The notes beneath the pieces were generated by a model, which was not told the DNA's origin, searched no databases, and was given only the letters and a program-made list of their open reading frames with translations. Positions 17,656-27,616 of a stretch of 64,000 bases of DNA are shown one piece after another (the first letter of the stretch is position 1; every line of letters begins with the position of its first letter). The position numbers and the translations under genes were made by a program. This DNA is from Stenomitos rutilans HA7619-LM2 (lineage in GTDB: Bacteria; Cyanobacteriota; Cyanobacteriia; Leptolyngbyales; Leptolyngbyaceae): assembly GCA_019358945.1 (NCBI GenBank), contig JAHHIE010000027.1, positions 2,994-66,993 on the forward strand, read 5' to 3'.

Positions 17656-17768
17656 TAGGACTTACGCATTTGCCCCAAACCCCCAATTCTGGGAGCTTTA
17701 ATTGGCTCGTTTCCCCTAGAATCGGGGGCTAAGGGGGCGAAAGATTGACCGCTTTTGCGTAAGTCCTA
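17656..17768. mobile_element. MITE with perfect 13-bp terminal inverted repeats TAGGACTTACGCA
   Basis: TAGGACTTACGCA at 17656-17668 and TGCGTAAGTCCTA at 17756-17768; internal CCCCCAATTCTGGGAG and CCCCTAGAATCGGGG hairpin-like blocks. Confidence 0.85.
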
Positions 17769-17790
17769 AATTCAAAACTCAAAACTTCTG

Positions 17791-18192
17791 TCACTGTCCA
17801 CAACAGCGATCGATGCCCAGGCTGTCCAGCAGTAAGTCGCTGACGGCGTTGGCAACGGCAAATTCGCCAAAAAAGCTGTTTGAAAAATCAAAGGATTCCA
17901 TCTCGGTGACGATCGCCATTACCAGCGAACCGAGATCATTCTCTCCCTCCATGCGCTGCCGGACAAAGATCTGAGCAGCGCGTTTTGCGATGTGCTGGTT
18001 AGCGTCTTCAGGAATGAATTCTTGATTGAGCCAGCCCAATAGCGCAATTTTTAGCCATTCCCCTTCTTGCACAGGGTTTTGGGCAGGCGGTAAGGTAATC
18101 GGTGGAATTGGTTCAACCATCGGCGCGATCGCATCTCTCACACGGTTGCTGTTCCTAGTGTACGACTGGTGGGGACGTGTTTGGGCAGTCAA
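17791..18192 (-). CDS. Conserved hypothetical protein
   Basis: Clean 133-aa ORF (WLNQEFIPE...GENDLGSLV...FDFSNSFFGEFAVANAVSDLLL). Confidence 0.75.
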   Translation of the reverse strand: MTAQTRPHQSYTRNSNRVRDAIAPMVEPIPPITLPPAQNPVQEGEWLKIALLGWLNQEFIPEDANQHIAKRAAQIFVRQRMEGENDLGSLVMAIVTEMESFDFSNSFFGEFAVANAVSDLLLDSLGIDRCCGQ

Positions 18193-18268
18193 AGGGAGGA
18201 GGGGGTAGGGAACAGGGGGCAGGGGAAGCGGCGAGAGCGGGGCGAGGAAAGTAGGGAAAATTCAAAAC

Positions 18269-19384
18269 TCAAAACTCTTGAGAGCGGCTGGCTTTTTCTC
18301 TGGTCAGAAGCGCCTGTTTGCGATCGCGGCCCCACCGATAGCCTCTCAGGTTGCCGTCACTGCCCACGACTCGATGGCAGGGAATCACAACTGCAATCTG
18401 ATTGTTGGCACAGGCGTTTGCGACAGCTCGGACGGCTTTGGGTTTGCCGATGCGCTTTGCCAGGTCGCTGTAACTGATCGTTGTCCCCAGCGCGATCGCT
18501 TGTAGCGCCTGCCATACCTGCTGCTGAAAGGCGGTTCCTTGAATATCTAGTGGGAGATCAATGGCTTGCTGGGGTGTTTCAATCAAATGCAGCACCTGTT
18601 CGACCCAGCCTGCAAACGCCCGATCACCTTCGCACAATTGAGCGTTGGGAAAGGTTGTCTCAAGGTGCGCGCTTAGCGCTTCAGGGGTATCACCCAGGGC
18701 GATCGCGCAGATACCTTTTGCGGTCGCTGCGACGAGAACCCAGCCTAGCCAGCAGGGTTGCACCGTGTAATGAATGGCAACACCCTTTGCCCCTTGCTGA
18801 TATTGAGAAGGAGACATGCCTAGCAGCGTTGCTGATTGGTCGTAAAAATTGCTGCTGGTTTCAAAGCCAGCGTCGTACATTGCTTGTGTCACAGTGGGAT
18901 GCTCCTGCAGATGTTGGCGAAGGCGTTGAGCGCGATGGGCAGAGGCGTATTGCTTGGGGGTAACGCCCACAACGGCTTTGAAAACCCGATGGAAATGGTA
19001 AACACTGAGTCCTGCCCTTTGCGCCATTGCCTCTAATGACGGTGGTGTCTCTGCGGCTTCAATCTGCTGACAGATAGCGGCGATCGTCTCTGCCTGTTGT
19101 TGTTGCGGAGAGGCCGATCGCGGACGACACCGCTTGCAAGGGCGAAAGCCAGCCGCTTCAGCCTCGTCACAACTGACGAAAAAGCGCACATTTTCTCGCT
19201 TGGGTTGCCGCGAAGCGCAGGTAGGGCGGCAATAAACCCCCGTTGTTTGCACGGCGTAGAGAAAAGATCCTTCGGTGCTGGGATCACGGTGAACGATCGC
19301 GGCCCAGCACTCTGCTTCAGTCAGACCAGCGCTCAATGCTTCAGTGAGACCAGTGCTCATGTCCATTGCCATCAGCTTCATCAT
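18269..19384 (-). CDS. ada: Bifunctional Ada transcriptional activator / O6-methylguanine methyltransferase
   Basis: YCRPTC..CKRC zinc site, AraC HTH, IPCHRV active site. Confidence 0.95.
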   Translation of the reverse strand: MMKLMAMDMSTGLTEALSAGLTEAECWAAIVHRDPSTEGSFLYAVQTTGVYCRPTCASRQPKRENVRFFVSCDEAEAAGFRPCKRCRPRSASPQQQQAETIAAICQQIEAAETPPSLEAMAQRAGLSVYHFHRVFKAVVGVTPKQYASAHRAQRLRQHLQEHPTVTQAMYDAGFETSSNFYDQSATLLGMSPSQYQQGAKGVAIHYTVQPCWLGWVLVAATAKGICAIALGDTPEALSAHLETTFPNAQLCEGDRAFAGWVEQVLHLIETPQQAIDLPLDIQGTAFQQQVWQALQAIALGTTISYSDLAKRIGKPKAVRAVANACANNQIAVVIPCHRVVGSDGNLRGYRWGRDRKQALLTREKASRSQEF

Positions 19385-19626
19385 GGCGTTACCTGGAAAG
19401 TGCTACAGGTCTATTCTCGAAAAATTGCAGGGCAAGCACTATCGGTTTCTTGCGGTGTCATTCGGGAGCAGTATCTTGTACCAGTTATCAGTTTTGAGTT
19501 GGAAGAGAGGTGGGAGGTGTAAGAGCTTTGAATTTTCCCTACTCCCCACGCTCCATTCCCGCCGCTTCTCCTGCCCCCTCTGCCTCCCCTGCGCCTTGCC
19601 CCTGCACCCCAAACCTTGCCCTCGGT

Positions 19627-19971
19627 TCACGAATTTTCGGGAGGTGCGGCGTCCTTGGAGCGTTGAATGAGCAGTTGAATGCCTAACGCAAAGAGACCGA
19701 AGGCTGCCAGGGCAAAAATGCCAGTGCCCAGTGAACTTAGCCCAATAATTAACGTCCGAACGGCGGCAGAGATGCGTTGAGTGGTGAAATTGTCCGTTTG
19801 CAAAGGCTTGGATGCGAAGGCGATCGCGATGGAGGTGGTCAAGCGGTAGAGGACGATCGCAATGCCACCTGCTACCAGCGAACCACCCACACATCGTAGC
19901 GGGCTGGGTGCGGGTGCCCCTTCTTTAGAGACTTGAACAGCCGGATCAGTAAGGTTGGTGGGTTCACTCAT
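19627..19971 (-). CDS. DUF3082-like small membrane protein
   Basis: SPLRCVGGSLVAGGIA...ISAAVRTLIIGL; two TM segments. Confidence 0.75.
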   Translation of the reverse strand: MSEPTNLTDPAVQVSKEGAPAPSPLRCVGGSLVAGGIAIVLYRLTTSIAIAFASKPLQTDNFTTQRISAAVRTLIIGLSSLGTGIFALAAFGLFALGIQLLIQRSKDAAPPENS

Positions 19972-20046
19972 GGGAGTAGAAGGTAGAGGTCAGGAGGCGA
20001 AGTGAAAAGCAGGCTGCACGCGACAGGCTTGAACACGTCCATGCTT

Positions 20047-21015
20047 CTACTCTACTATTTGAATGCCAGACGGATTAAATTTTGCCAGCCAAAATTCCAG
20101 ATCGGTGTTGGCGATCGCTTGCTGTACTCCATCCTGTAAGGCTTCTGCCTGAGCCTGAGATTCTGCCAGCGCAAACACAGTGGGGCCAGAACCCGACATC
20201 ATCGTGCCGATCGGGTTGAGCCGCTGAAAGGCTTCTCGTAACTGCAACACCTGGGAATGTGCTGGCAACACCACTTTTTCTAAATCATTTCGCAACCGTT
20301 GACCAATTTTGGCGCTGTCTCGTTGGGCGATCGCGGCCATCATAGGGCTGGCGTGCACCTGCTGTCGGCGTTGCTCCAGGTCACCCCCACGACGTAAATA
20401 AGAGTCGCCAAACCATTGGCGGTAGGTAGTGTATGCCCACGCCGTCGAAACCGACAGACTGCGATACTTTGCCAGCACTACGTATAGGTCAGTCAACGCA
20501 GTTAACGCATCCAACTGTTCACCGCGTCCAGTCGCAAGGGCTGTGCCGCCCGCAATGCAAAACGGCACATCAGAGCCGAGCACTGCACCCAACTCCTGCA
20601 ACTCGTCACGGGTAAGACCCAGCTCCCACAGCAAATCTACCCCCACCAGCACCGCAGCAGCATTGCTCGACCCTCCCGCCAGCCCAGCCCCCACTGGAAT
20701 CTGCTTTTTGATCGTGATATCAACCCCACCGTAACGCGCAAAACAAGCGGGAAATTGCTTGCTCATCAAAGCTGCCGCTCGATAGGCCAAATTGGTCGCA
20801 TCATTCGGCACCTGGGGATGAGCGCAATGAACCCGAATGGCGTCCGTCCCGCTTGCCCGCACCTGAATGCGATCGGTCAAACTTACGCTTTGCAGCACCA
20901 TCACCATCTCGTGAAACCCAGAAGGCCGCGAATCGTCGCCCCCCGTCATGTGATCACCGAGGATTTCCAGATACAGGTTAATTTTGGCCGGAGCAAGAAG
21001 GGAGTAGGAGCGCAT
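20047..21015 (-). CDS. ispE: 4-diphosphocytidyl-2-C-methyl-D-erythritol kinase
   Basis: APAKINL, PVGAGLAGGSSNAA, GSDVPF and MSGSGPT motifs. Confidence 0.96.
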   Translation of the reverse strand: MRSYSLLAPAKINLYLEILGDHMTGGDDSRPSGFHEMVMVLQSVSLTDRIQVRASGTDAIRVHCAHPQVPNDATNLAYRAAALMSKQFPACFARYGGVDITIKKQIPVGAGLAGGSSNAAAVLVGVDLLWELGLTRDELQELGAVLGSDVPFCIAGGTALATGRGEQLDALTALTDLYVVLAKYRSLSVSTAWAYTTYRQWFGDSYLRRGGDLEQRRQQVHASPMMAAIAQRDSAKIGQRLRNDLEKVVLPAHSQVLQLREAFQRLNPIGTMMSGSGPTVFALAESQAQAEALQDGVQQAIANTDLEFWLAKFNPSGIQIVE

Positions 21016-21050
21016 GGGGAAGGGAGTGGGGAGTAGGGAGAGCAGTTTTG

Positions 21051-21357
21051 AGTTTTGAGTTTGAGAGGCCAGGGTTTGAACTCGAAGTGTCTAGTTTGAA
21101 GGTCGTGGTATCGAGTTTGGAACGCGGAAGATGGAGCCTGGAGGTCGAAAGGTCGAGCTTGAAGGTCGGAAGGTGAAGCTCTGAGCTCGCAAGATGAAGC
21201 TTGGAACGCGGAAGATGGAGCTTGGAGGTCGGAAGATGGAGCTTGGAGGTCGGAAGGTGAAGCTCTGAACGCGGAAGATGGAGCCTGGAACTCAAAAGAC
21301 GGAGCTTGGAGGTCGAAAGGTCGAGCTTGGAAGTCAAAAAGTCGAGTTTGAAGGATT
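21051..21357 (-). repeat. Degenerate 21-bp tandem array B (~14 units), same family as array A
   Basis: Minus strand reads TTCCAAGCTCCATCTTCCGAC-like units; leader and terminal units are homologous to array A. Confidence 0.9.
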
Positions 21358-21475
21358 CTTCTGCTCTCTACCCTCTGCTTTCTGCTTCATTTTTGAGCGA
21401 TCAGCCGTCAGCGGCCAGCGATTAGCTTTTAATTTTTACCCTACTCCCCACTCCCGCCCTTCTGCCTTCTACCTC

Positions 21476-22294
21476 CTACCCACTCCCCTGCAACTCATTG
21501 CTCAACGCAACCCATTGCTCGACGCTCAGGTCTTCGGCGCGGACTTGTGGGTTTACGTTTAATTGTTCCAGTAAGTGGGTGAGCCGATCGCCCTCGACGA
21601 GACTTTTCAAGTTGTTTCGCAACATTTTGCGCTTGCTGGCAAACCCAGCTTTGACGATCGTCTCCAGATGACGTGGGTTGTGGGCAGGGGTTGTGATAGG
21701 ACGTGGATGGAGACGAATGACGGCAGAATCAACTTTGGGCGGTGGCTGAAAGGCTTTGGCTGGGACATCGCAAATAAACTGGCACTCTGCGAGATACTGC
21801 ACCCGCACGGATAGCGCACCAAAATGGGTGGAACCGGGCTTGCTGCACAGGCGCAGGGCGACTTCTTTTTGCACGAGCAAGACGATCGCATCAAAGGGGT
21901 GGGGATTGGGGGCCGCGATCGTCCCCAATAGCTTCTCGATGATCGGGCCTGTAATGTTGTAGGGAATGTTGGCAACGACTTTATTAGGGTTTTGGAAGGC
22001 TGGAAACGGCACGAGTAGGGTATCAAGATCGAGTGTTAGGAAATCGCCCTGCAACAGCAGAAAGTGCTCGGTTTGACCCAGCTTTTGGGCGAGACGATCG
22101 CACAGATCGCGGTCAATTTCCACAGCTACTACGGCTTGGGCTAGCGGCAGCAATTGGCGGGTCAAAATGCCAGTACCGGGGCCAATTTCCAGGACACGAT
22201 CGTGCTCGTTCAACGTGGCGGCGTTCACGATACTATTGAGGGCTTTTTCGCTGCGAAGCCAATGTTGGGCAAACTTTTTACGCGGTTGGGGCAC
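21476..22294 (-). CDS. rsmA: 16S rRNA adenine dimethyltransferase KsgA
   Basis: KKFAQHWL, LEIGPGTG, VVANIPYNIT; likely GTG start at 22294. Confidence 0.96.
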   Translation of the reverse strand: MPQPRKKFAQHWLRSEKALNSIVNAATLNEHDRVLEIGPGTGILTRQLLPLAQAVVAVEIDRDLCDRLAQKLGQTEHFLLLQGDFLTLDLDTLLVPFPAFQNPNKVVANIPYNITGPIIEKLLGTIAAPNPHPFDAIVLLVQKEVALRLCSKPGSTHFGALSVRVQYLAECQFICDVPAKAFQPPPKVDSAVIRLHPRPITTPAHNPRHLETIVKAGFASKRKMLRNNLKSLVEGDRLTHLLEQLNVNPQVRAEDLSVEQWVALSNELQGSG

Positions 22295-22298
22295 AGGG

Positions 22299-23327
22299 TT
22301 ACTCCGGTAAACCCACAACGCCGCCGTTCCCAGCAATCACCTCGCCGATCGCAAAAGCAGCGATATTCTGATCGGCAAAGTACTGCATCGTGGTCGTGAC
22401 CTGAACGGCTGGCACCAATACCACAAAGCCAATGCCCATGTTGAAGGTGTGGAACATCGATCGGGGAGAAACATTCCCCTCAGCCGCTAACCACTGAAAA
22501 ACGGGCTGTACGTTCCAGGCAGACGATTCGACGGCGATTGATTGGCCTGCACCTAAACAGCGTGGCAGATTTTCTGGCAGTCCGCCTCCCGTGATATGCG
22601 CCATGCCGTGAATGGGAATGCCTTGCTTGAGCGCACCCAGAATTGGCTTTACGTAGATTTGCGTGGGTGTGAGCAATACGTCACCCAGGGTTTTGCCATC
22701 GAAGATCGCAGGACGATCGCCCCAGTCGTAGCCACGATCGCCCACAATCTTTCGCACCAAACTGAAGCCATTGCTGTGAACGCCTTGACTGGCAAGCCCG
22801 ATCGCCACATCGCCCACTTGCACCTGCGATCCATCCAGAAGGGCGCTTTTCTCCCCAATGCCAACGCAGAATCCGGCTAAATCGTATTCACCCGACTGGT
22901 AGAACCCAGGCATTTCTGCTGTTTCGCCCCCCAGCAGCGCACAGCCTGCCTGCTTACAGCCATCTGTAATGCCCGTTACTACCTGCGCCAGTTGCTCTGA
23001 GTTGAGTTTACCTGTGGCTAAATAATCCAAAAAAAACAGCGGCTCTGCGCCACAGGTCAACACATCGTTTACACACATAGCGACGAGATCAATGCCAACG
23101 GTGTCGTGGCGATCGAGGGTGTGGGCTAACTTAAGCTTTGTTCCCACTCCATCGGTACCGGACACCAATACAGGCTCCCGATACCCCACCGGAAGCTGAA
23201 ACAGTCCACTAAAGCCACCAACGTTGCCCAAAACTTCTGGTCGCGTAGTGCTGTCTACCATGCTGCGGATACGTTGCACAAACGCCCGTCCTGCTTCTAC
23301 GTCTACACCCGCTTCTCGATAATCCAT
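22299..23327 (-). CDS. purM: Phosphoribosylformylglycinamidine cyclo-ligase
   Basis: [38 protein letters not shown] and FNMGIG motifs. Confidence 0.98.
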   Translation of the reverse strand: MDYREAGVDVEAGRAFVQRIRSMVDSTTRPEVLGNVGGFSGLFQLPVGYREPVLVSGTDGVGTKLKLAHTLDRHDTVGIDLVAMCVNDVLTCGAEPLFFLDYLATGKLNSEQLAQVVTGITDGCKQAGCALLGGETAEMPGFYQSGEYDLAGFCVGIGEKSALLDGSQVQVGDVAIGLASQGVHSNGFSLVRKIVGDRGYDWGDRPAIFDGKTLGDVLLTPTQIYVKPILGALKQGIPIHGMAHITGGGLPENLPRCLGAGQSIAVESSAWNVQPVFQWLAAEGNVSPRSMFHTFNMGIGFVVLVPAVQVTTTMQYFADQNIAAFAIGEVIAGNGGVVGLPE

Positions 23328-23573
23328 GTCAACTGCCCTTGGGCGATCGTCGCAGGTTGTATTTTACTTGGCTTGGTGGCGAAAAGCGAGAGAGAGCGAT
23401 GCTCAATGGTTCCGTTTAGCCAACGACAGCAGGAGAGACTGATTCTGTCTTTCGAGCGCGTGGGAAACTCCGAACTCGTTTGGAGCGTACACTCGTCTAG
23501 GACGTACAATTTAGACGCAATCCGGTCAATTGCCCCGTTTAGGGATGCTTTGATCCAATCGCTTTAGTACCGT

Positions 23574-25091
23574 GTGAACCATCATTCTGAAAAACAACCC
23601 TGGTGGCCTTATATCCATGCTGTTGCTGCGATCGGGTTATTTTTGCGCCTGGTACTGGTCTTCTTCTCGGATCGGGGGTATCACCCAGATGAAATTTTTC
23701 AGTATTTAGAACAGGCCCATCGCATGGTCTTTGGGTACGGCTATATTCCCTGGGAATATCGCTTTGGTATCCGTAACCTGATCATTCCTATCACGTTATC
23801 TATACCTCTAAGGCTACTGAAAGCACTTCAGCTAGATAGTCCTGATATTTATATTCCATTCATCAAAGCAATTCTCTGTTTGCTTTCGCTTTCATTAATT
23901 TATGGGCTGTATGCTTTGGGCCGAACCGTTGTTTCTGAGCCTGTGGGACGCATTGCGGCGCTGATTGCCTGTTTTTGGTATGAATTGATGGTGTTTGCCC
24001 CCAAATCAACACCCGAATGTCTCGCTGCCTATCTGATGGTCGGGGCGCTAGTGTGTCTGGTTAGCTACCCTCGCTGGCAAACGGCACTGGGGCTGGGCGT
24101 GATGGGTGCAGGCACGATCGCCCTACGGTTACAATATGCGCCTGCAATCCTGGTTTTGAGCGTTGCCATGATCGTGCTTTGGCGATCGCATCTCAGCCAA
24201 ATGGCGATCGCGACAGCCGCGTTTATCGTCACTGTGGGCTTGGTGGGCTACATCGACTATTTGACCTGGGGATTATGGTTTGGCAGTTACTACCACAACT
24301 ACTTGTATAACCAGGTCTATGGTGTCAGCAATCTTTTTGGCAGAGATCCTCTTTTCTACTATTTTGAGCGGCTGACACTCTCTTCAGCAGGGATTTTCCC
24401 GCTGAGCATTGTCGTAGCAGTCAGAAAACGAGTCCCTCTACTGGCGTTATGGCTCAGCCTTTTAGCGAGTATTCTGGTCACCCATTCATTGATTGCTCAT
24501 AAAGAATATCGCTTTGTGTTTGCGGCTGTACCGCTTTGCCTGTTGCTGACCGCGATCGCCTATTGGTATCTCCAGCAGTTCTGCCAGAGATATCCTCGGA
24601 CGTATGCCCGCATTCCTCAAGCTTTAGCCGTGCTTTTGGTCGCTTATGCCTGCTTCAGCATTTTAGACACCACCGTTTTGACTAGCAGGAACCCATTACT
24701 GGAGGGGTATCTTTATCTCTCCAGGCAACCAAATGTGAGTGCCGTCCTGAACCTGAAATCTGAATGGTATGAAACCGGGGGCTATTATTACCTGCACCAT
24801 CCTGTTCCCATTTACTTTTCCAGGGATGTGAACGCGATCGGCCCAGAAGGCTACGGTCAGTACGTCAGTGATATTCTTTGCCAGCATCACCAGGCCACAA
24901 TTCCTGGCTTTGGCACGGTACGAACCTTTAAAGAGATTGATATTCGCCACAACAACCATCCCCCAAGTCACTATGCTCAACTGTCAGGAGATTTCTACCA
25001 GCCTCAGCAAGGCGGTGTCGATGGGGTCTTTCCCCAGCCAGTCTTTCACCCTCCTGTGCAGATTTTTCCGCCGCAAGGACACCAGCTTTGA
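23574..25091 (+). CDS. GT-C fold glycosyltransferase, Alg9/PIG-B (GT22)-like mannosyltransferase
   Basis: HPDEIFQYLEQAH...PWEY..GIR near the N-terminus; multiple TM helices; HKEYRF motif. Confidence 0.78.
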   Translation: MNHHSEKQPWWPYIHAVAAIGLFLRLVLVFFSDRGYHPDEIFQYLEQAHRMVFGYGYIPWEYRFGIRNLIIPITLSIPLRLLKALQLDSPDIYIPFIKAILCLLSLSLIYGLYALGRTVVSEPVGRIAALIACFWYELMVFAPKSTPECLAAYLMVGALVCLVSYPRWQTALGLGVMGAGTIALRLQYAPAILVLSVAMIVLWRSHLSQMAIATAAFIVTVGLVGYIDYLTWGLWFGSYYHNYLYNQVYGVSNLFGRDPLFYYFERLTLSSAGIFPLSIVVAVRKRVPLLALWLSLLASILVTHSLIAHKEYRFVFAAVPLCLLLTAIAYWYLQQFCQRYPRTYARIPQALAVLLVAYACFSILDTTVLTSRNPLLEGYLYLSRQPNVSAVLNLKSEWYETGGYYYLHHPVPIYFSRDVNAIGPEGYGQYVSDILCQHHQATIPGFGTVRTFKEIDIRHNNHPPSHYAQLSGDFYQPQQGGVDGVFPQPVFHPPVQIFPPQGHQL

Positions 25092-25230
25092 CCACTCGCC
25101 AATGCTGATGTTTCATATTCTTATCTCTAATACCGTTTCCCTTCCATTGAGCTACAGATGATGCACTCTAATCAGCGATGCCATGTAGGTTCGGGCACTC
25201 AAAACTCAAAACTCAAAACTGAGAATTAGT

Positions 25231-26277
25231 TTAAGCCCGGATCGCCTTTCGCAACACCTCACGATGGATCAACGCCCGATCGACCTGAAACTGGATTTGA
25301 TCGGTAGAGAGGGCTTCACCGTTGGCGTAGAGTTGCAGCCAGATTTGGCTAATGGTGTTGGGGTCAGTGGGGATGTCTGCGAGTGCCCAGCCTGGAAGTT
25401 CCAGGGCTTGCATCAGGTTGCTGACTTTGGGGTCATAGCTGAGGGCAAAGCAACGACAGCCTTCAGCCGCTGCCATAATCAGGCCGTGAAAGCGCATGGC
25501 GATCGTCATTTCAACGCCACGAAACACGCCTTTTAATTGCTGTGGGTCTTCCAGACGCAAAAGATGGCTGACGCTGGGAAGCTGGGACTGGATGGCTTCG
25601 GCGATCGCCAGATCTTGAGCAGCTTGAAAGGGCACCAGCAGAAGACAGGTCTGGGTGGCTTTTTGGAAGGCAATCAGCGCTTGAGTCAGGCTTTCTAGCC
25701 GTGCGGGCGTGAGTTGCGGATGGGAGCGTAAGTTGACCGCAACACGAGGGGCTGGCAGATCCCACAAGCCTTCTACGGGCAATGATTCAAGCGCCCAAAC
25801 AGGATCAGGAGCCAGCGTGAAGGGCAGTCCCCACTCCGCCAGCATGGCAGCCGAACCGTGATCGCGCACACTGATAGCATTGCACCCTGCAAAGGTTTGT
25901 CTCGCCATCCCTTGCGTGAGCGATCGCTGGAGCGGCCCAATGCCTTGTGCCCAGGCGATCGTGGTTAAGCCCATCTTTTGCGCGAGGGTCATCAGACCCG
26001 CATAGTAAACCGGACTCAGCGCACTGGTGGCATCCTGCATTAAACTACCGCCACCCCAAATGAAGACTTGGGACTTGCGGAGCGCTTGTAAGACGGCAAC
26101 CAGGCTCTTGCGATCGACCGCTTCCACCTGGTAGCGATCACGGGTTTGGGCAGGATTCCCCGACAGCACGATCGGCGTAACCTGCGCGGGCAGCATTTGC
26201 AGCAATGAGGCCAGCAAGGCTTCATCGCCACCATTGCCCTGACCGTAATACCCACACAAAACTGCCCGGATGCCCAT
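25231..26277 (-). CDS. csaB: Polysaccharide pyruvyl transferase CsaB
   Basis: GYYGQGNGGDEA, GGGSLMQD, AQGIGP, SVRD and MRFHG motifs. Confidence 0.93.
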   Translation of the reverse strand: MGIRAVLCGYYGQGNGGDEALLASLLQMLPAQVTPIVLSGNPAQTRDRYQVEAVDRKSLVAVLQALRKSQVFIWGGGSLMQDATSALSPVYYAGLMTLAQKMGLTTIAWAQGIGPLQRSLTQGMARQTFAGCNAISVRDHGSAAMLAEWGLPFTLAPDPVWALESLPVEGLWDLPAPRVAVNLRSHPQLTPARLESLTQALIAFQKATQTCLLLVPFQAAQDLAIAEAIQSQLPSVSHLLRLEDPQQLKGVFRGVEMTIAMRFHGLIMAAAEGCRCFALSYDPKVSNLMQALELPGWALADIPTDPNTISQIWLQLYANGEALSTDQIQFQVDRALIHREVLRKAIRA

Positions 26278-26619
26278 GTTGAAGTTTCAGCGTTGAATGT
26301 CTGCGTTTGGGTTGAATGGCGACCCATCGATTCGCTCTCCAATCATCCCTGATTTTGACACCCGGTCCGGTAAGAAAATCTACAGCAGCATCCGAGCTAT
26401 GCCTACCGTAGGAGAGATTCGCTACCGCCACGCACGGCATTAAATAAGCCTAGAAACAACCTGCCATCGGGGGAATGCTTTGATACCGTCTGCTGTGGTC
26501 TGGTCAAGCTACAACAGCCGTTGCAGAAATTGGGTGGACGGTGTAGACATCGTTCAACTAGATACCATTCAACCATGCGCCAGTTGTGGCTAATTAACCC
26601 GCTATATGAGTGTGGAGAT

Positions 26620-27516
26620 GTGGCTGTGAAAATTAATGGTGTGATCGAACGTCTATGTTTATCCTTAAGTCTTGCTGTTTCGGCGATCGTGTGTGGTCAG
26701 TTAGCCGTTCGCGCTGAAGCGACCAACCCAGTTTCCGATCTCCCAATGCTACAGATCGCTGATACGACTCAACTAGCCAGTCATCCAGTCTTGCCAGAGG
26801 CTGCTTCTTTTAACAGTCGTGCTGTGACACCCCAGGCGACAACTGCTGTCTTAGCCGCCGCACTAGAGCCAGCCACTCCGTCAGCCGTTCTGCCAACCCA
26901 AACAGCAGATCCCTCTCAGGCAGATGTATCAGCTAGCCCGATCGCGTCCACTGCTACAGCCTTAGCGGTTCCGTTGCCTGGTACCGTACCCACATCAGCC
27001 GCTGCGCTTGATCTCCAGGCATCTGCTCCAGCCATTGCCGAGCCACAGACTGCCGCCGAACCCTTGACAACCACTGTGGCCCAAATTCCATCGATCGAAC
27101 CCGGTCGGGCCACTCGCTCCGGTTCTAGCTATGTGGGTGTGGGCGCAAATATTGGCTCGATCGGCAGAACGCCTCTCGGTAGCTTTAGCGGCGCGATCCT
27201 GAGCAAAATTGGCTTAACCAGAACTATTTCTGTGCGTCCTGCCGTGCTAATTAATGGTGACGCAACCTTCCTCTTCCCCATCACACTTGACTTTCCCGTT
27301 GAGCGTGCGGGAAGTGTAAGCTTTGCACCGTATGTAGGGCTTGGCGCATCGTTTTCGACGGGCGATCGCAAAAATGCGGATCTCATCGTCTCTGGCGGTG
27401 TTGATATTCCCCTTTCCTCTCAGTTCACCATCACCGCAGGCGCAAATGCAGGCTTAATTAACGGGATTGAGCTGGGTGTGCTCGTTGGAATTGGTTATAA
27501 CTTCGCGGGTTTTTAG
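26620..27516 (+). CDS. Secreted protein with Ala/Pro/Thr-rich linker and C-terminal outer-membrane beta-barrel
   Basis: Signal-like N-terminus; SYVGVGANIG...APYVGLGA...GVLVGIGYNF beta strands ending in F. Confidence 0.75.
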   Translation: MAVKINGVIERLCLSLSLAVSAIVCGQLAVRAEATNPVSDLPMLQIADTTQLASHPVLPEAASFNSRAVTPQATTAVLAAALEPATPSAVLPTQTADPSQADVSASPIASTATALAVPLPGTVPTSAAALDLQASAPAIAEPQTAAEPLTTTVAQIPSIEPGRATRSGSSYVGVGANIGSIGRTPLGSFSGAILSKIGLTRTISVRPAVLINGDATFLFPITLDFPVERAGSVSFAPYVGLGASFSTGDRKNADLIVSGGVDIPLSSQFTITAGANAGLINGIELGVLVGIGYNFAGF

Positions 27517-27616
27517 AGAGGGGAGAGGAGAGGAGGCAGAAGTCAGGAGCCAGAATTTTCCTTGCTTCCCTGCTCCCCTTGCTCCCCCTCTACCCCAACT
27601 CCCGACTCCTGACTCC

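Noticed and set aside
18481-19522. Plus-strand ORFs antisense to ada (and similar shadow ORFs elsewhere)
   Set aside because: Fully overlap well-supported genes on the other strand and have no motifs.
23330-23573. Riboswitch or sRNA upstream of purM
   Set aside because: No recognisable consensus or strong stem with terminator.
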